Shown piece after piece: positions 47,809-62,235 of a DNA stretch of 64,000 nucleotides (its first letter is position 1; each line of letters opens with the position of its first letter). The translations under genes were made by a program, and so were the position numbers. The DNA is from Blastocatellia bacterium. Lineage in GTDB: Bacteria; Acidobacteriota; Blastocatellia; Chloracidobacteriales; JADJPF01. The notes beneath the pieces are model-generated. The model did not search any database, was not told where the DNA came from, and saw only the letters and a list, made by a program, of their open reading frames with translations. The stretch is from positions 62,878 through 126,877 of the forward strand of contig JBDIBI010000015.1 in assembly GCA_039812885.1 (NCBI GenBank), read 5' to 3'.

Positions 47809-50800
47809 TTAAGCCGAAGTGCTTTCTAGTTTGGTCATTAGATCATAGACAGGTTGTTTTTCTTCAAGGAAGGCTTTTAGGTTGGATCCTTCAGGAAGTT
47901 GTGCTTTCATTTTTTCTATTACTGCAATTGCCGTTGAGATGGCTTGTCGAGCTTCTTCAAGAGACTGCATTTCTGCTAAAATAGTGCCTTGGCCTAACAA
48001 TGCACGCCATTCATAATCTAGGTAAGATAATTTATTACATAAAGAAGCAGCATTTTTATAATTTTCCAAGGCAGCTTCTTTTTCTCCTAATCCTTCTTGA
48101 GCTTTTCCTAAAGCCCAATAAACCTCTGCTTCAGATATACCACGATGCTGAGCTTGAAATAGTGCAAGTGCAGTTGTTAACAACCCTACAGCTTCTTTAA
48201 ATTGTTCACGAGCATTTGCAACTAAACCCAAATTTTGAGCAGATAAAGCTTCTACATCTGAGCGTTCAATTTGCCGAGCAATGGTTAGTGCTTTTTGGTA
48301 ATGTTGTTCAGCTTGTACTAGGTTATTTTTTAATCTGTTAGCCTCGCCTAAGTCTATATACATCAATGCTTGTTGGTGTTGATGACCTATTGCACGAGCA
48401 AGTTCTAAACCATTTTCAAAAAAGTATAAAGCTCGATCCTGATCGCCTAGCATGCTATAAATAATACCAACTCTTTCCCAAGCAAACATTTCACTAACTC
48501 TATCTCCAGAAGCTCTTAACAACTTTAAGCCTTTTTCACCTAAGTCCATTGCTAAGGTGCCATTACCTCGAAAACAATGAATTAAACCTAGATAAGAAAG
48601 AGCCCAACCAGCAGGACGGTTGTCTGGAGAAGCTTCAGCTATGGCAACAGCTTTTTCTAATGGTTCTTGAGCAGCATCCATTTGACCACTCATCCAAAGA
48701 GTATAGCCAAGCTGTTGTAGCAATCTACGATGCAACTCTTTGTCATCTATACTACCTTCATTAATTGACTCTAAACCTAGTTTAGCTAGCTCTACTGCTC
48801 GTTTCATTGCACTACGGGCTTGATGATAACGACTGGCAAAAAATTCTCCCCAAGCTCTTAGAGAAATATCTTTTTCCCGGCTTGCTAATTCAAAAATGTG
48901 AGCTAGTTCTTTTTCTGCTTCCTCAAAACGATTCAATATAATTAGTGCTTCTGCTAAACCAGTATACATTTTGCCTGCAAATTTGGTATCTACTGGAACA
49001 TCACTTGTTTGCAATTGCTCCATTGCTTGGCTGCCATAGTGAAAGTATGTAACTGCTTCTGCAAAAGCTTCTCGTTTACGTGCAATCTCACCTGCTCTAA
49101 CGGCTGGAATAAATGCCTTTTTCCAATCTTCTCCCCAGTAATAATGATAAGCAATTTGTCCAACAAACCTATCTTTTTTACTACCATAGATTTGCTCTAT
49201 GGTTTTTGCTACTTTAGCATGTACTTTGCGTTGATTAGCCTTTGCCATTGAGCTATAAAGCGCACGTCTTAGCATACTGTGATGAAAGCGGAAAGATTCA
49301 CCTGAAGCAGTTGTTTGTTCTTTAAGAATCCAACCTGTTACACCTTGACGTAAAATTTCATCTAGCTCATCTTCATCTATACCCATTACTTCTACTAATA
49401 CATCAAAGTCAAATTCATCACCTATTACAGCAGCCTGTTTAAAGACCTCCAAAGCCTTTTGGTTAAAGCGGCGAAGCTTTGCATTAACTAAATTATTGAC
49501 TGAAGGTGGAATCTCTATTTCTCCTAACCAATTAGCTTTCCATTTATCACCTACTTTTTCAATCTTTCCACTTACCATCAAATGCTCTAGTAACTCAACT
49601 AGAAATAATGGGAACCCTTGTGTTTCACTCCAAAGATAATCAACAGCAGAATTAGATATTTCAATTTCACCAAAAACAGCGGCAAGAAATACATCAGCCT
49701 CACTACGAGCAAGTCCTGTGATAGAGATTTCCTTGTAGTTGCTATTTCCAACTTGCTTAGCCAACCATTTGCGCAAAGGTTTATCAGAGGTTTGAGTTTC
49801 CTCAACTAGTGCTGTAGCAATGATTTGGAGTCTTACACCACTAATATTTCTAATAATATAAGCTAGCATTTCTAGACTTAAACTATCAGCCAAATGTAGA
49901 TCATCAAAAAGAAAGACTAGAGGAGAAGATTTGGCAATACGTTTATAGATTTCTGTAACTGCTTCAAAAACACGCCATTTATCTGTATTGCCACCACTTA
50001 AACTTTCTGCGGAAAAAGCTTCTTCAGGCAAAACAACTCCAGTACGTCCCTGAATAGCTTCTGCAAGTTGTGAAGTATTAGCAGTATCTGGAAGTTTTTG
50101 AGTTTCTGTAATAGTAATCTTTTGAGTAATTGGAGGTAATTTATGTCCAAGTAAACAGGCACGCAACATATCTAGAAAGACTTGATAAGGAGCTAATTGA
50201 CTACCACCATAGTCATAAAATCTAGCTGGTAATACTACGGCTCCTTCTCGTTCTGCTACACGCTGATATTCAAGTAAAATTTGGGACTTACCAGTTCCAG
50301 GATCGCCACTAATAATAATAGGCAGGTTACGACCTTGAGCTGATTGCAAGAAATTTTCCCTAAGTTGTTCTAGTTCTTTTTCACGGCCTACACAATATTC
50401 TAGGTTTAAGGTTCCAGCTACTCCTTGCCAACGTTGTGCAGCAAAAGTTCCTGTTTTTAGTGTGTCAGGAGTTTCAAAAGTATCTGTTACAAGTTCACCA
50501 GTTGCTTTACGAACAAAAATTGGTCTTGCACGGTTTGCTGCATCCATCAACTCTTGAGCCAAATCATTAGCAGATTGATGGCGATCATTGCGATTTCTGG
50601 ATAGAGACTTAAATAAAATTAACTCTATTCTAGAAGGAATATCTGGCCGTAAGCTTTTTAGAGAACGAGGTTGCTCTTTAGCCATTGCTACAAGCAATTG
50701 AGGAACAGAGTTGGCTTGATAGGGTAAAGTTCCTGTTAAAAGCTCATAAAATATTACAGCTAAACTATATATATCAGAACGATTATCTAAATCTTCGCCC

Positions 50801-51492
50801 TTAACCTGTTCTAATGACATATAGCCTAAGGTTCCAACAACTGCACCTTTACTAGAAGGATCTTGAGAAGCTTGAGACGTAATAGCTTTAGCAATACCAA
50901 AATCTACTACTTTGACAAATTCTCCACCCCATTTAAGACGTTGCAAAATTACATTGGAAGGCTTTAGATCTCGGTGAATTAACCCACTAGCATGAGCAGC
51001 TGTAACAGCAGCACAAATTGGCTGAAAAATTTCCACTGCTCTTTCTAAACTTAATGTACCATTTTTTCTTAACTCTTCTGATAGGTTGGGACCTTCTAGA
51101 TATTCCATTACTAAGTATGGAACTCTATTTTCTGTAATACCAAAATCATAGATTTGTACTACATTAGGATGGCTAGCAGAAGCAGCTAAGCGGGCTTCCA
51201 TTTCAAATTGTGCTAAAGATTCTGGATCAGCAGCAACAGTTTGATTCATTAACTTTAGAGCAGCTAAATCACCTATGTTAAGCCGCTCTACTAAATGAAC
51301 TACTGCCATACCTCCAGAACCAAGCTTACGTATAACACGGTAACGCCCAGCAATAATTTCATCTAAAGAACTTACACTAGTACTAGTCTTTACTTCTAAA
51401 GGAGCAAAGTCATTTGCACAGCGTTTACGCTCTAAATCATCATATTGGGTGTGACAAACTGGGCAAATTAGCATCAAGAAACCTTCGGTCAA
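47809..51492 (-). CDS. Multidomain STAND-like signalling protein: N-terminal zinc ribbon, Ser/Thr kinase, AAA P-loop ATPase, C-terminal TPR array
   Basis: 'CPVCHTQYDDLERKRC'. Kinase 'HRDLKPSNVIL', 'DFGIAK'. Walker A 'ISGDPGTGKSQIL', Walker B 'LVFLFDDLHLAD'. C-terminal TPR-like repeats. 1227 aa. Confidence 0.8.
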   Translation of the reverse strand: MTEGFLMLICPVCHTQYDDLERKRCANDFAPLEVKTSTSVSSLDEIIAGRYRVIRKLGSGGMAVVHLVERLNIGDLAALKLMNQTVAADPESLAQFEMEARLAASASHPNVVQIYDFGITENRVPYLVMEYLEGPNLSEELRKNGTLSLERAVEIFQPICAAVTAAHASGLIHRDLKPSNVILQRLKWGGEFVKVVDFGIAKAITSQASQDPSSKGAVVGTLGYMSLEQVKGEDLDNRSDIYSLAVIFYELLTGTLPYQANSVPQLLVAMAKEQPRSLKSLRPDIPSRIELILFKSLSRNRNDRHQSANDLAQELMDAANRARPIFVRKATGELVTDTFETPDTLKTGTFAAQRWQGVAGTLNLEYCVGREKELEQLRENFLQSAQGRNLPIIISGDPGTGKSQILLEYQRVAEREGAVVLPARFYDYGGSQLAPYQVFLDMLRACLLGHKLPPITQKITITETQKLPDTANTSQLAEAIQGRTGVVLPEEAFSAESLSGGNTDKWRVFEAVTEIYKRIAKSSPLVFLFDDLHLADSLSLEMLAYIIRNISGVRLQIIATALVEETQTSDKPLRKWLAKQVGNSNYKEISITGLARSEADVFLAAVFGEIEISNSAVDYLWSETQGFPLFLVELLEHLMVSGKIEKVGDKWKANWLGEIEIPPSVNNLVNAKLRRFNQKALEVFKQAAVIGDEFDFDVLVEVMGIDEDELDEILRQGVTGWILKEQTTASGESFRFHHSMLRRALYSSMAKANQRKVHAKVAKTIEQIYGSKKDRFVGQIAYHYYWGEDWKKAFIPAVRAGEIARKREAFAEAVTYFHYGSQAMEQLQTSDVPVDTKFAGKMYTGLAEALIILNRFEEAEKELAHIFELASREKDISLRAWGEFFASRYHQARSAMKRAVELAKLGLESINEGSIDDKELHRRLLQQLGYTLWMSGQMDAAQEPLEKAVAIAEASPDNRPAGWALSYLGLIHCFRGNGTLAMDLGEKGLKLLRASGDRVSEMFAWERVGIIYSMLGDQDRALYFFENGLELARAIGHQHQQALMYIDLGEANRLKNNLVQAEQHYQKALTIARQIERSDVEALSAQNLGLVANAREQFKEAVGLLTTALALFQAQHRGISEAEVYWALGKAQEGLGEKEAALENYKNAASLCNKLSYLDYEWRALLGQGTILAEMQSLEEARQAISTAIAVIEKMKAQLPEGSNLKAFLEEKQPVYDLMTKLESTSA

Positions 51493-51521
51493 AAAGTTAA
51501 CAAAGTAAGCTAGCGTTGTTA

Positions 51522-53993
51522 TTAACTAGTGAATTCTATTTCAAATTCTCCTACTTCAATTTGTTTGAGTGTATCTTTGCTATTTTCAATTTTATTGCGC
51601 CAACGCATTAAAGCAGCAATAAATTCTAAATCTGTTTGCTCATTATTAGAAACTCCAGGACTCTTCATCATTTTTTCTGCCCAAGCTAAATCTGCTACCG
51701 TTGTTTGTCGAGCTGGTAAATGGTGAAGTAATATAGATTTTATCGGCCATAACCTTAAAGTATTATCCCTACTACCGCTAACTAATAATTGTCCATCTGG
51801 ACTAAGAGCTAAACAAGTAACCCAACTGCTATGGCCTTCTAAAATCTTTATTTCTAATTGATGTGCAACAGACCAAAGTCTAATCGAACCATCCCAACTA
51901 GCACTGATTAAAGTACGACCATCTGTATCTGGTATTAATGTTGTAATACGATCTTTGTGTTTATCTAGTTTCTTAATGGCTTTACCATCAGCTAAATTCC
52001 AAAATCTGATTGTTTTATCAACACTACCACTAATTACTGATTGTCCATCTTTTAATATTAAAGAGTGAACAAGCCCTTGATGGCCTTTCAATACTCTTAA
52101 TTCCCTACCATCAGAAAGCTGCCACAATCTAATTGTATTATCTCCACTACCGCTTGCTAGGTATTTTCCATTATTACTAAAACTTAAGCATCTTACTAAA
52201 CCTTTATGACCTTCCAGAGTTTTTATTGCTGCACCTTCAGGAATTGTCCAAAGTTTTATTGAATGATCGGCTAAACCACCACCACTTGCCAAAACATGCC
52301 CATCTGGACTAAACACTAAAGACCAAATAGAACCAGCATGTTCTTTTATTTCTTTTAACTCATTACCTTCTGGTAAACTCCACAATTTAATGCCATTATC
52401 CAAACTGCCACTTGCTAGATATTTTCCATCTGGACTAATAGCTAAACAGTTTACTTCATCTGTATGACCAGACAAAGTTTTACGTAATAAACCACTAGGT
52501 AAATCCCAGAGTTTTAAAGTACCATCAGCACTACCACTAATTAAAAGTTTACTATCAGGTGTTATAGCTAAACAATTGATTGCACCTGTATGCCCTTCTA
52601 ATTTATTTAACTCTTGACCTGAAGGTAACTTCCAAAGACGTAAAGTGTTATCTAAACTACCACTTGCAAGAATAGTATTATCTGGGCTAACGGCTAAAGA
52701 GTTAATTACATCTGTATGACCTTTAAGAGTTGCTATACTGTTAGCAGGAACAGCAGGATTAACAATTTCACATCTCTCTGCTAATTTTAGTAATTCTTCA
52801 TAATTAGCACGTTCATCATTACGAGGTTTCCAACCAGATTTTTTCATTCTCAAAAGAACTTGCATACTCCAACAAGGAGGTGCTTCTTGAGCTAATCTAA
52901 GTATATCAGCTCGTTGTTGAGAATTTTCTACAGCTTGAAGTAGAGCTTCCCATTCTTTGCTAGTCATTTCAGCTAAACGTTGGCGTTTACGCTCAACTTT
53001 AACTGGTTCAGCTAAAGAATATCCCTTATGTTTAGCTTTCAAAGAAATTCTATCTTGAAGCATTGGATCGGCCTTTTGATAAATTGCACGTAAAAGCCTT
53101 TGGTTTCCATCTAATACTTCATATTTGTCCCATTGTTCAGTAAAAAAGTAAAAAAGTACTTTTTGCTGTTCTTCTTTTGGAGAATAACCCGCTTCAACCG
53201 CAGCTTCACGAGCAATCTTATTCTCTCTTTCCAAAACCATTTGGCAGAGAGCTTCTTGTGTCTCAGAGTTTTTTAAGTCTCTTAAAGTGTTTTGGGCTTG
53301 TTTAGCAATATCAACATCAGAATCAGTACAAGCTTGTAATAGAGGTTCTAGTACATTAGGGTTAGCTTTTTTGATTACATCAGTTTTGCCAGATTTTAAG
53401 GCAGTTAAAATTTGTACTTCTAAAGGATTACGAGCTACATAGCTTTTTTGTACTATAATTTGCCCTAAATAATTATCCCTATCTCTTGCCCAACGATTGC
53501 ATAAAGCATCAATGGCATCTGAGTTTTGTAATTTGGTTAAGCCCTCTTTGGCTTGTTTAGCTATCTCACTATCACTATCTCGAGTAACTTCTAAAAGTGC
53601 TTCAAAGATATCAACTCCACCTTTAGACAAAATATCAAACTTATTTACTTTTAATGCAGTTAATACACGCAATCTAGAAGGAGTACTAGCTACCCAATTA
53701 GCACTTACAAGTAATTGTGTTATCTCCTCATGGCGTGAAGAAGCCCAGTCAGCACAAATTACATCAATACATTTTTGATCTTTTATTTGTTTTAATGCTT
53801 CTAATGCAATTGTCTTTACCTGTGCATCACCACTTTTAATAACAGCCTCTGATAAAAGAGAAGCCGCTTCAGCGTCTTGTGTTTGAGCAATTTCTGCAAG
53901 CTCTGTAGCAGCCTTGCGGCGTTGCCAACTGCCAATTAGCAAAGTCTTGCTGTAAAGCTTTTGTTTTAATTCATCTAATTTTCCTTTATCCAT
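51522..53993 (-). CDS. HEAT-like repeat + WD40 beta-propeller protein
   Basis: The N-terminal ~400 aa are helical repeats with recurring 'SDxxIAKQAxxxL'. The C-terminal half has at least 8 WD40 units, e.g. 'GHTDVINSLAVSPDNTILASGSLDNTLRLWKL'. Sits 29 bp upstream of the STAND kinase on the same strand. Confidence 0.8.
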   Translation of the reverse strand: MDKGKLDELKQKLYSKTLLIGSWQRRKAATELAEIAQTQDAEAASLLSEAVIKSGDAQVKTIALEALKQIKDQKCIDVICADWASSRHEEITQLLVSANWVASTPSRLRVLTALKVNKFDILSKGGVDIFEALLEVTRDSDSEIAKQAKEGLTKLQNSDAIDALCNRWARDRDNYLGQIIVQKSYVARNPLEVQILTALKSGKTDVIKKANPNVLEPLLQACTDSDVDIAKQAQNTLRDLKNSETQEALCQMVLERENKIAREAAVEAGYSPKEEQQKVLFYFFTEQWDKYEVLDGNQRLLRAIYQKADPMLQDRISLKAKHKGYSLAEPVKVERKRQRLAEMTSKEWEALLQAVENSQQRADILRLAQEAPPCWSMQVLLRMKKSGWKPRNDERANYEELLKLAERCEIVNPAVPANSIATLKGHTDVINSLAVSPDNTILASGSLDNTLRLWKLPSGQELNKLEGHTGAINCLAITPDSKLLISGSADGTLKLWDLPSGLLRKTLSGHTDEVNCLAISPDGKYLASGSLDNGIKLWSLPEGNELKEIKEHAGSIWSLVFSPDGHVLASGGGLADHSIKLWTIPEGAAIKTLEGHKGLVRCLSFSNNGKYLASGSGDNTIRLWQLSDGRELRVLKGHQGLVHSLILKDGQSVISGSVDKTIRFWNLADGKAIKKLDKHKDRITTLIPDTDGRTLISASWDGSIRLWSVAHQLEIKILEGHSSWVTCLALSPDGQLLVSGSRDNTLRLWPIKSILLHHLPARQTTVADLAWAEKMMKSPGVSNNEQTDLEFIAALMRWRNKIENSKDTLKQIEVGEFEIEFTS

Positions 53994-54304
53994 TTATTAA
54001 CCTCGTGCAAAATCTGATGCTAGCAAAGAAAATGCGGGAAAACTTTACCACGAACTTGATTTTAACCATAGGCTTAATTACCACTAAATAAAATCTGTGC
54101 TTTAATTTCTGTAATTTTTGAGATCAATATAAGTTGATTAATATTTTTTTTATTTTGGTAATCTAATGAAGTAACAAACAATTATAATTTCAAAATCATT
54201 ATTTATATCTCCAAGTTTCCTGTTTGGTTGACGTTACTGTTTCTGAGCGCTATTATTGCACAAAAAGGATTTTATCTTGAATGCTTTAGCATGGAGATTT
54301 AGCA

Positions 54305-55903
54305 ATGGCGTTATTTGATAAAGTTTGGCAACAAATGAATACTCGCCTAGATCAGGCAAAAGTCAATAAAGAGATTGAGCGATTGCGCCAAGCCCTTTAT
54401 ATTAATCCTAATGATACAGAAGCACTACGTCAATTGGGAACACTTTTTCAAACTTCTAATATGGTAGAAGAAGCTATAGAAGCTTTTGTTCGCCTTGCAG
54501 ATCTCTATCAAAGCAGCAAACAATATGATTTAGCTCTTGCCTATTATCGCAAAGTAGAAAAATTAGGTGATAACGAAAGACGAGCTTCTATTCTAAAAGA
54601 AATAGAACGCATTCATCATGGCCTAGGCCAATTTGAAGAAGCATACCGCACTTGTCGACAAATTGCTGAAGTATATTTAGCAATGAACCAAAAAGAAGCA
54701 GCACGTGGCTTTTTTGCTTCTCTTCCTAATTTCGGAGAAAAAGATGCACTCTACCGAAAAGAACTACGTGAAATGATTGGTGTTAGAGATGAAAATTGGG
54801 CACAAGGAGCAAAAGGAACTTGGGTAGAAGAACAGCCTAGAGTTGCAAGTCCAGCTGCAGCTCCTTTACCAGGTTATCCAGTCTCTCGTACTAAAGTCTC
54901 TGTAACCCAAGAAGAACAACAAGCTTTTGGAGATCTCAGTATTTTAGTTGTAGATGATGACCCTAATATTTGTTTATTACTTAGTACAGCAATTAAAAAC
55001 TTAGGATGCCAAGTCATTACAGCTAATAACGGCTTAGAAGGTGTAGATAAAGCTCTAAGATTGCGTCCTAATATAATTATTTCTGACTTATTGATGCCTA
55101 AAATGGATGGAAGTCAGTTTTTTAAAAGCTTACAAGAATATCCTGAAACTCAGTCCATTCCTTTTGTTTGTTTAACTTCACGTGGTCAAGAAGAAGAAAA
55201 AATTGCAGCACTTGAAAAAGGTGTAGAAGATTATTGGGTCAAGCCTTTTAGCATTGCTGAAATTACCATGCGTATTAAAAAACTCCTTCAACGTCAATTA
55301 CAAAATGTCCAAAACCAATATAGTGCTGGAACTGGACAAATCGAATTGGCTGGTAGTTTGGGAGAAATGACCCCTTCAGACTTGTTACGTTTTTCTGAAG
55401 CAAAACGTAAAAGTGGAATTTTACAACTAAAAAGCGGTGATGTAGAAGGCTCTATTTTCTTTCAAGATGGTGAGATTGTGGATGCTCAATATATGAATTT
55501 AATGGGCGAACCAGCCTTGCTTTCATTATTAAATTGGACTAGCGGTAGCTTTACTTTTCAATCACAACATATATCTGTACCAAGAACAATTGTTGCTAGT
55601 ACTGATGAAATTCTAGCTAGAATGATGCAACAGTATGACGAGGAATATTACTTAATAGAACAACTACCCCACCCAACTTCAACCATAGTTTTAACTCAAG
55701 CTTTTTATGATGCATTACAAACTACAAAATTTCCTCGCTGTGTTGATCGTTTGATGATTCTTTTTGATGGTAGTAATCCATTAGGAGAATGTTTGGAACA
55801 ACTTCGTGGAGACACAGACGCTGTTAGACTTTTAGTAGAGCTTTATAGACAAGGATTAGCAATTGTTTATAACCCTTATGCGCAATATCAACAACAACAA
55901 TAA
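54305..55903 (+). CDS. Response regulator: TPR-like N-terminal region, receiver domain, C-terminal DUF4388 domain
   Basis: REC 'ILVVDDDPNICLLL...IIISDLLMPKMDG...KPF'. C-terminal 'PSDLLRFSEAKRKSGILQLKSGDVEGSIFFQDGEIVDAQ' matches the DUF4388 pattern. Confidence 0.7.
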   Translation: MALFDKVWQQMNTRLDQAKVNKEIERLRQALYINPNDTEALRQLGTLFQTSNMVEEAIEAFVRLADLYQSSKQYDLALAYYRKVEKLGDNERRASILKEIERIHHGLGQFEEAYRTCRQIAEVYLAMNQKEAARGFFASLPNFGEKDALYRKELREMIGVRDENWAQGAKGTWVEEQPRVASPAAAPLPGYPVSRTKVSVTQEEQQAFGDLSILVVDDDPNICLLLSTAIKNLGCQVITANNGLEGVDKALRLRPNIIISDLLMPKMDGSQFFKSLQEYPETQSIPFVCLTSRGQEEEKIAALEKGVEDYWVKPFSIAEITMRIKKLLQRQLQNVQNQYSAGTGQIELAGSLGEMTPSDLLRFSEAKRKSGILQLKSGDVEGSIFFQDGEIVDAQYMNLMGEPALLSLLNWTSGSFTFQSQHISVPRTIVASTDEILARMMQQYDEEYYLIEQLPHPTSTIVLTQAFYDALQTTKFPRCVDRLMILFDGSNPLGECLEQLRGDTDAVRLLVELYRQGLAIVYNPYAQYQQQQ

Positions 55904-56435
55904 CCCAAACTTTTTATTTGGTAAAACTGTCTAATGTTTTTGGGAGTAAAATACGACAAGACGTTATACAATATGCTTAAAACATCTATTTAGCTAACTG
56001 TTAGGTCTTTGAGAAATTAACAGTCTAAGTTTATTAAACTTTAAATTTGTTTTAATGCTCTAAAATTGTCGGAAACTAATTTTGCTAATATTAAATAAAA
56101 CTTAACATTCGCTAGTTAGATATAGTATAATTTCGGGGCTCAAACTAGTTTTTTAAAGAGAAAACTACTATATAACATTTTCTACTTTAAATTAAAGCTA
56201 GTATTTTCTACAGGATAGTACCTTCTGAAGCTTAATAAAGTAAGCTATAAGTTGGGATGATCTATGTTCTTATGGGTAGTCTTTAATCATAGGCTAACTC
56301 TTAATCATTTTGATGTGTTTTATTTTTGCACTTTTCTGTAGTTTTTGCTCTACTTTTTTAAGTGCAACATTTATCGTTACTTTTAGTAAGTATACTAACT
56401 CTCTAAAAGTTGGTCCAAACTCAAGAAAGCCATAA

Positions 56436-58499
<2,064 letters not shown>

Positions 58500-58620
58500 T
58501 ATTTCTTCTCTTATACCCTATTGCCTTTGTTTGCAGGCAATAGGGTTAAAGAAATTTTAGTCCTTATGTCTTTTTAAGTTCAGAATTTATTAAAGGTTCC
58601 AAACTAAAAGAAAGCCATAA

Positions 58621-60843
<2,223 letters not shown>

Positions 60844-60912
60844 TTAATATCTCTTTTCTCTTTCTCGCCCATTGTTCTAGTAATAGAACAATGGGCTTTA
60901 ACTTTTTTGGAA

Positions 60913-61545
60913 CTATTTGTGAGCAGACAATATATTTAAAACAACAGGTTTAAGCCCATCTATAACAAATTGAATACCTATAGTACAAACTATTAAACCT
61001 ATTACTCTAGTAAGTACAGCAATACCTGTTTTACCAATAAATTTAACAATGTTTGGCGAAACTAATAAAACTACAGCTGTTGCAGCAATAACTAAGGCAA
61101 TAGCTAAAATTAAAACTGCTACATGCCCCAAAGAGCGATTTTGCCCCATTAGCAACATCACAGTACTAATAGCTCCAGGGCCACAAATAAGAGGAATTCC
61201 TAAAGGCACTATTGCTTGATCTAAGTTTAGAGCCTCTGTTTCACTATCAGTCTTACGTTCTTTACCCATCAACATTTGTAGTGCCATCATAAAAAAAAGA
61301 ATTCCTCCAGCAATTCTTAAAGCATCTACCGTAATGCCAAATACTTTAAAAATAACCCCACCACCAATAGCAAATACTAGTAAAATAACTAGAGCAGCAC
61401 TACAAGCACGAAAAGCAGCTTGGCGTCTTGCCTCTTGATCATATTGTTCTGTCATTGTTACAAATACTGGTGCAGCTGCAATTGGATCAATTATTGTAAA
61501 TAAAGAAGTAAAACTAAGTAGTCCAAAAGAAATTATTTCATTCAT
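60913..61545 (-). CDS. MarC-family (UPF0056) integral membrane protein
   Basis: 'MNEIISFGLLSFTSLFTIIDPIAAAPVFVTMT' is the MarC N-terminal signature. Six TM helices. 210 aa. Confidence 0.75.
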   Translation of the reverse strand: MNEIISFGLLSFTSLFTIIDPIAAAPVFVTMTEQYDQEARRQAAFRACSAALVILLVFAIGGGVIFKVFGITVDALRIAGGILFFMMALQMLMGKERKTDSETEALNLDQAIVPLGIPLICGPGAISTVMLLMGQNRSLGHVAVLILAIALVIAATAVVLLVSPNIVKFIGKTGIAVLTRVIGLIVCTIGIQFVIDGLKPVVLNILSAHK

Positions 61546-62062
61546 CTTTTTTTCCTCCTGTTTGTGATTCTATTGGTATTGCAGTTTCCATTTTAGGAGA
61601 AGATAAAACAAACGTTGTTTTTACTCGTGCAATGCCAGGAATGTTAGTAAGTTCATGCAATAGAAAATGTTCATATGCCAACATATCTTTAGTTAAAACC
61701 TTTAGCAGAAAATCCTCTTCCCCTGAAATATGATGGCACTCTAGAACTTCTTCTAGTTTTAGTACTGCATCAACAAAACCTTGATGCGTAAGAAGTTTAT
61801 GTTCTGTCATCTGTACCGCAACGTAAGCTAGTAAGTTACGACCCATTGCTAGTGGATCAATAACAGCACGATAGCCCCTAATAACACCTCTTTGTTCTAA
61901 CTTTTTAATACGTTGCAACATAGGAGTTGGAGTTAATCCCACGGCTTCAGCTAATGCAGCATTGGTCATTCGACCGTTGTGCTGTAAAAGCCGCAGAATT
62001 TCTCTATCCATATCATCTAATTCTTCATCCCAAGTTTGTTGTTTCATAGTTTTTTCTTCCAT
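61538..62062 (-). CDS. Lrp/AsnC-family transcriptional regulator (probably leaderless)
   Basis: HTH_AsnC 'DREILRLLQHNGRMTNAALAEAVGLTPTPMLQRIKKLEQRGVIRGY' plus a RAM domain. I place the start at ATG 62062 (MEEKTMKQQ...) because a consensus promoter lies inside the track's longer ORF (61538-62125). Overlaps marC by 8 nt. Confidence 0.8.
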   Translation of the reverse strand: MEEKTMKQQTWDEELDDMDREILRLLQHNGRMTNAALAEAVGLTPTPMLQRIKKLEQRGVIRGYRAVIDPLAMGRNLLAYVAVQMTEHKLLTHQGFVDAVLKLEEVLECHHISGEEDFLLKVLTKDMLAYEHFLLHELTNIPGIARVKTTFVLSSPKMETAIPIESQTGGKKDE

Positions 62063-62068
62063 GTTTAG

Positions 62069-62097
62069 ATTATATACATAGCATTTTATGCTGTCAA
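62069..62097 (-). promoter_or_regulatory. Consensus sigma-70-type promoter (TTGACA-17-TATAAT) with the predicted TSS at the Lrp ATG
   Basis: Minus strand reads ttgaca-gcataaaatgctatgta-tataat. The -10 ends 7 nt before ATG 62062, which implies a leaderless transcript. Confidence 0.5.
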
Positions 62098-62235
62098 GAA
62101 GATCTTTGACACTATAAAATTCCATTATAAGATGATTTCCCAGTATCGCCTAAGAATTAGTTCATAAAAAAATCAGCCCAGCACTCTATGGCTGGGCTAG
62201 TAAATTTAAGCAAAAATCTTAATAAATTAAGAAGC

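Noticed and set aside
45601-49809. Assorted 60-150-aa ORFs antisense to, or out of frame with, the ECF sigma, DUF4339 and STAND-kinase genes (45601-45909, 46968-47429, 47081-47320, 48000-48200, 48549-48764, 48990-49251, 49599-49809)
   Set aside because: They are fully embedded in well-supported longer genes. Their translations are low-complexity, so they are spurious.
61538-62125. Track ORF start at 62125 for the Lrp gene (MEFYSVKDLL...)
   Set aside because: A perfect TTGACA-17-TATAAT promoter sits inside this extension. I therefore shortened the CDS to the ATG at 62062.
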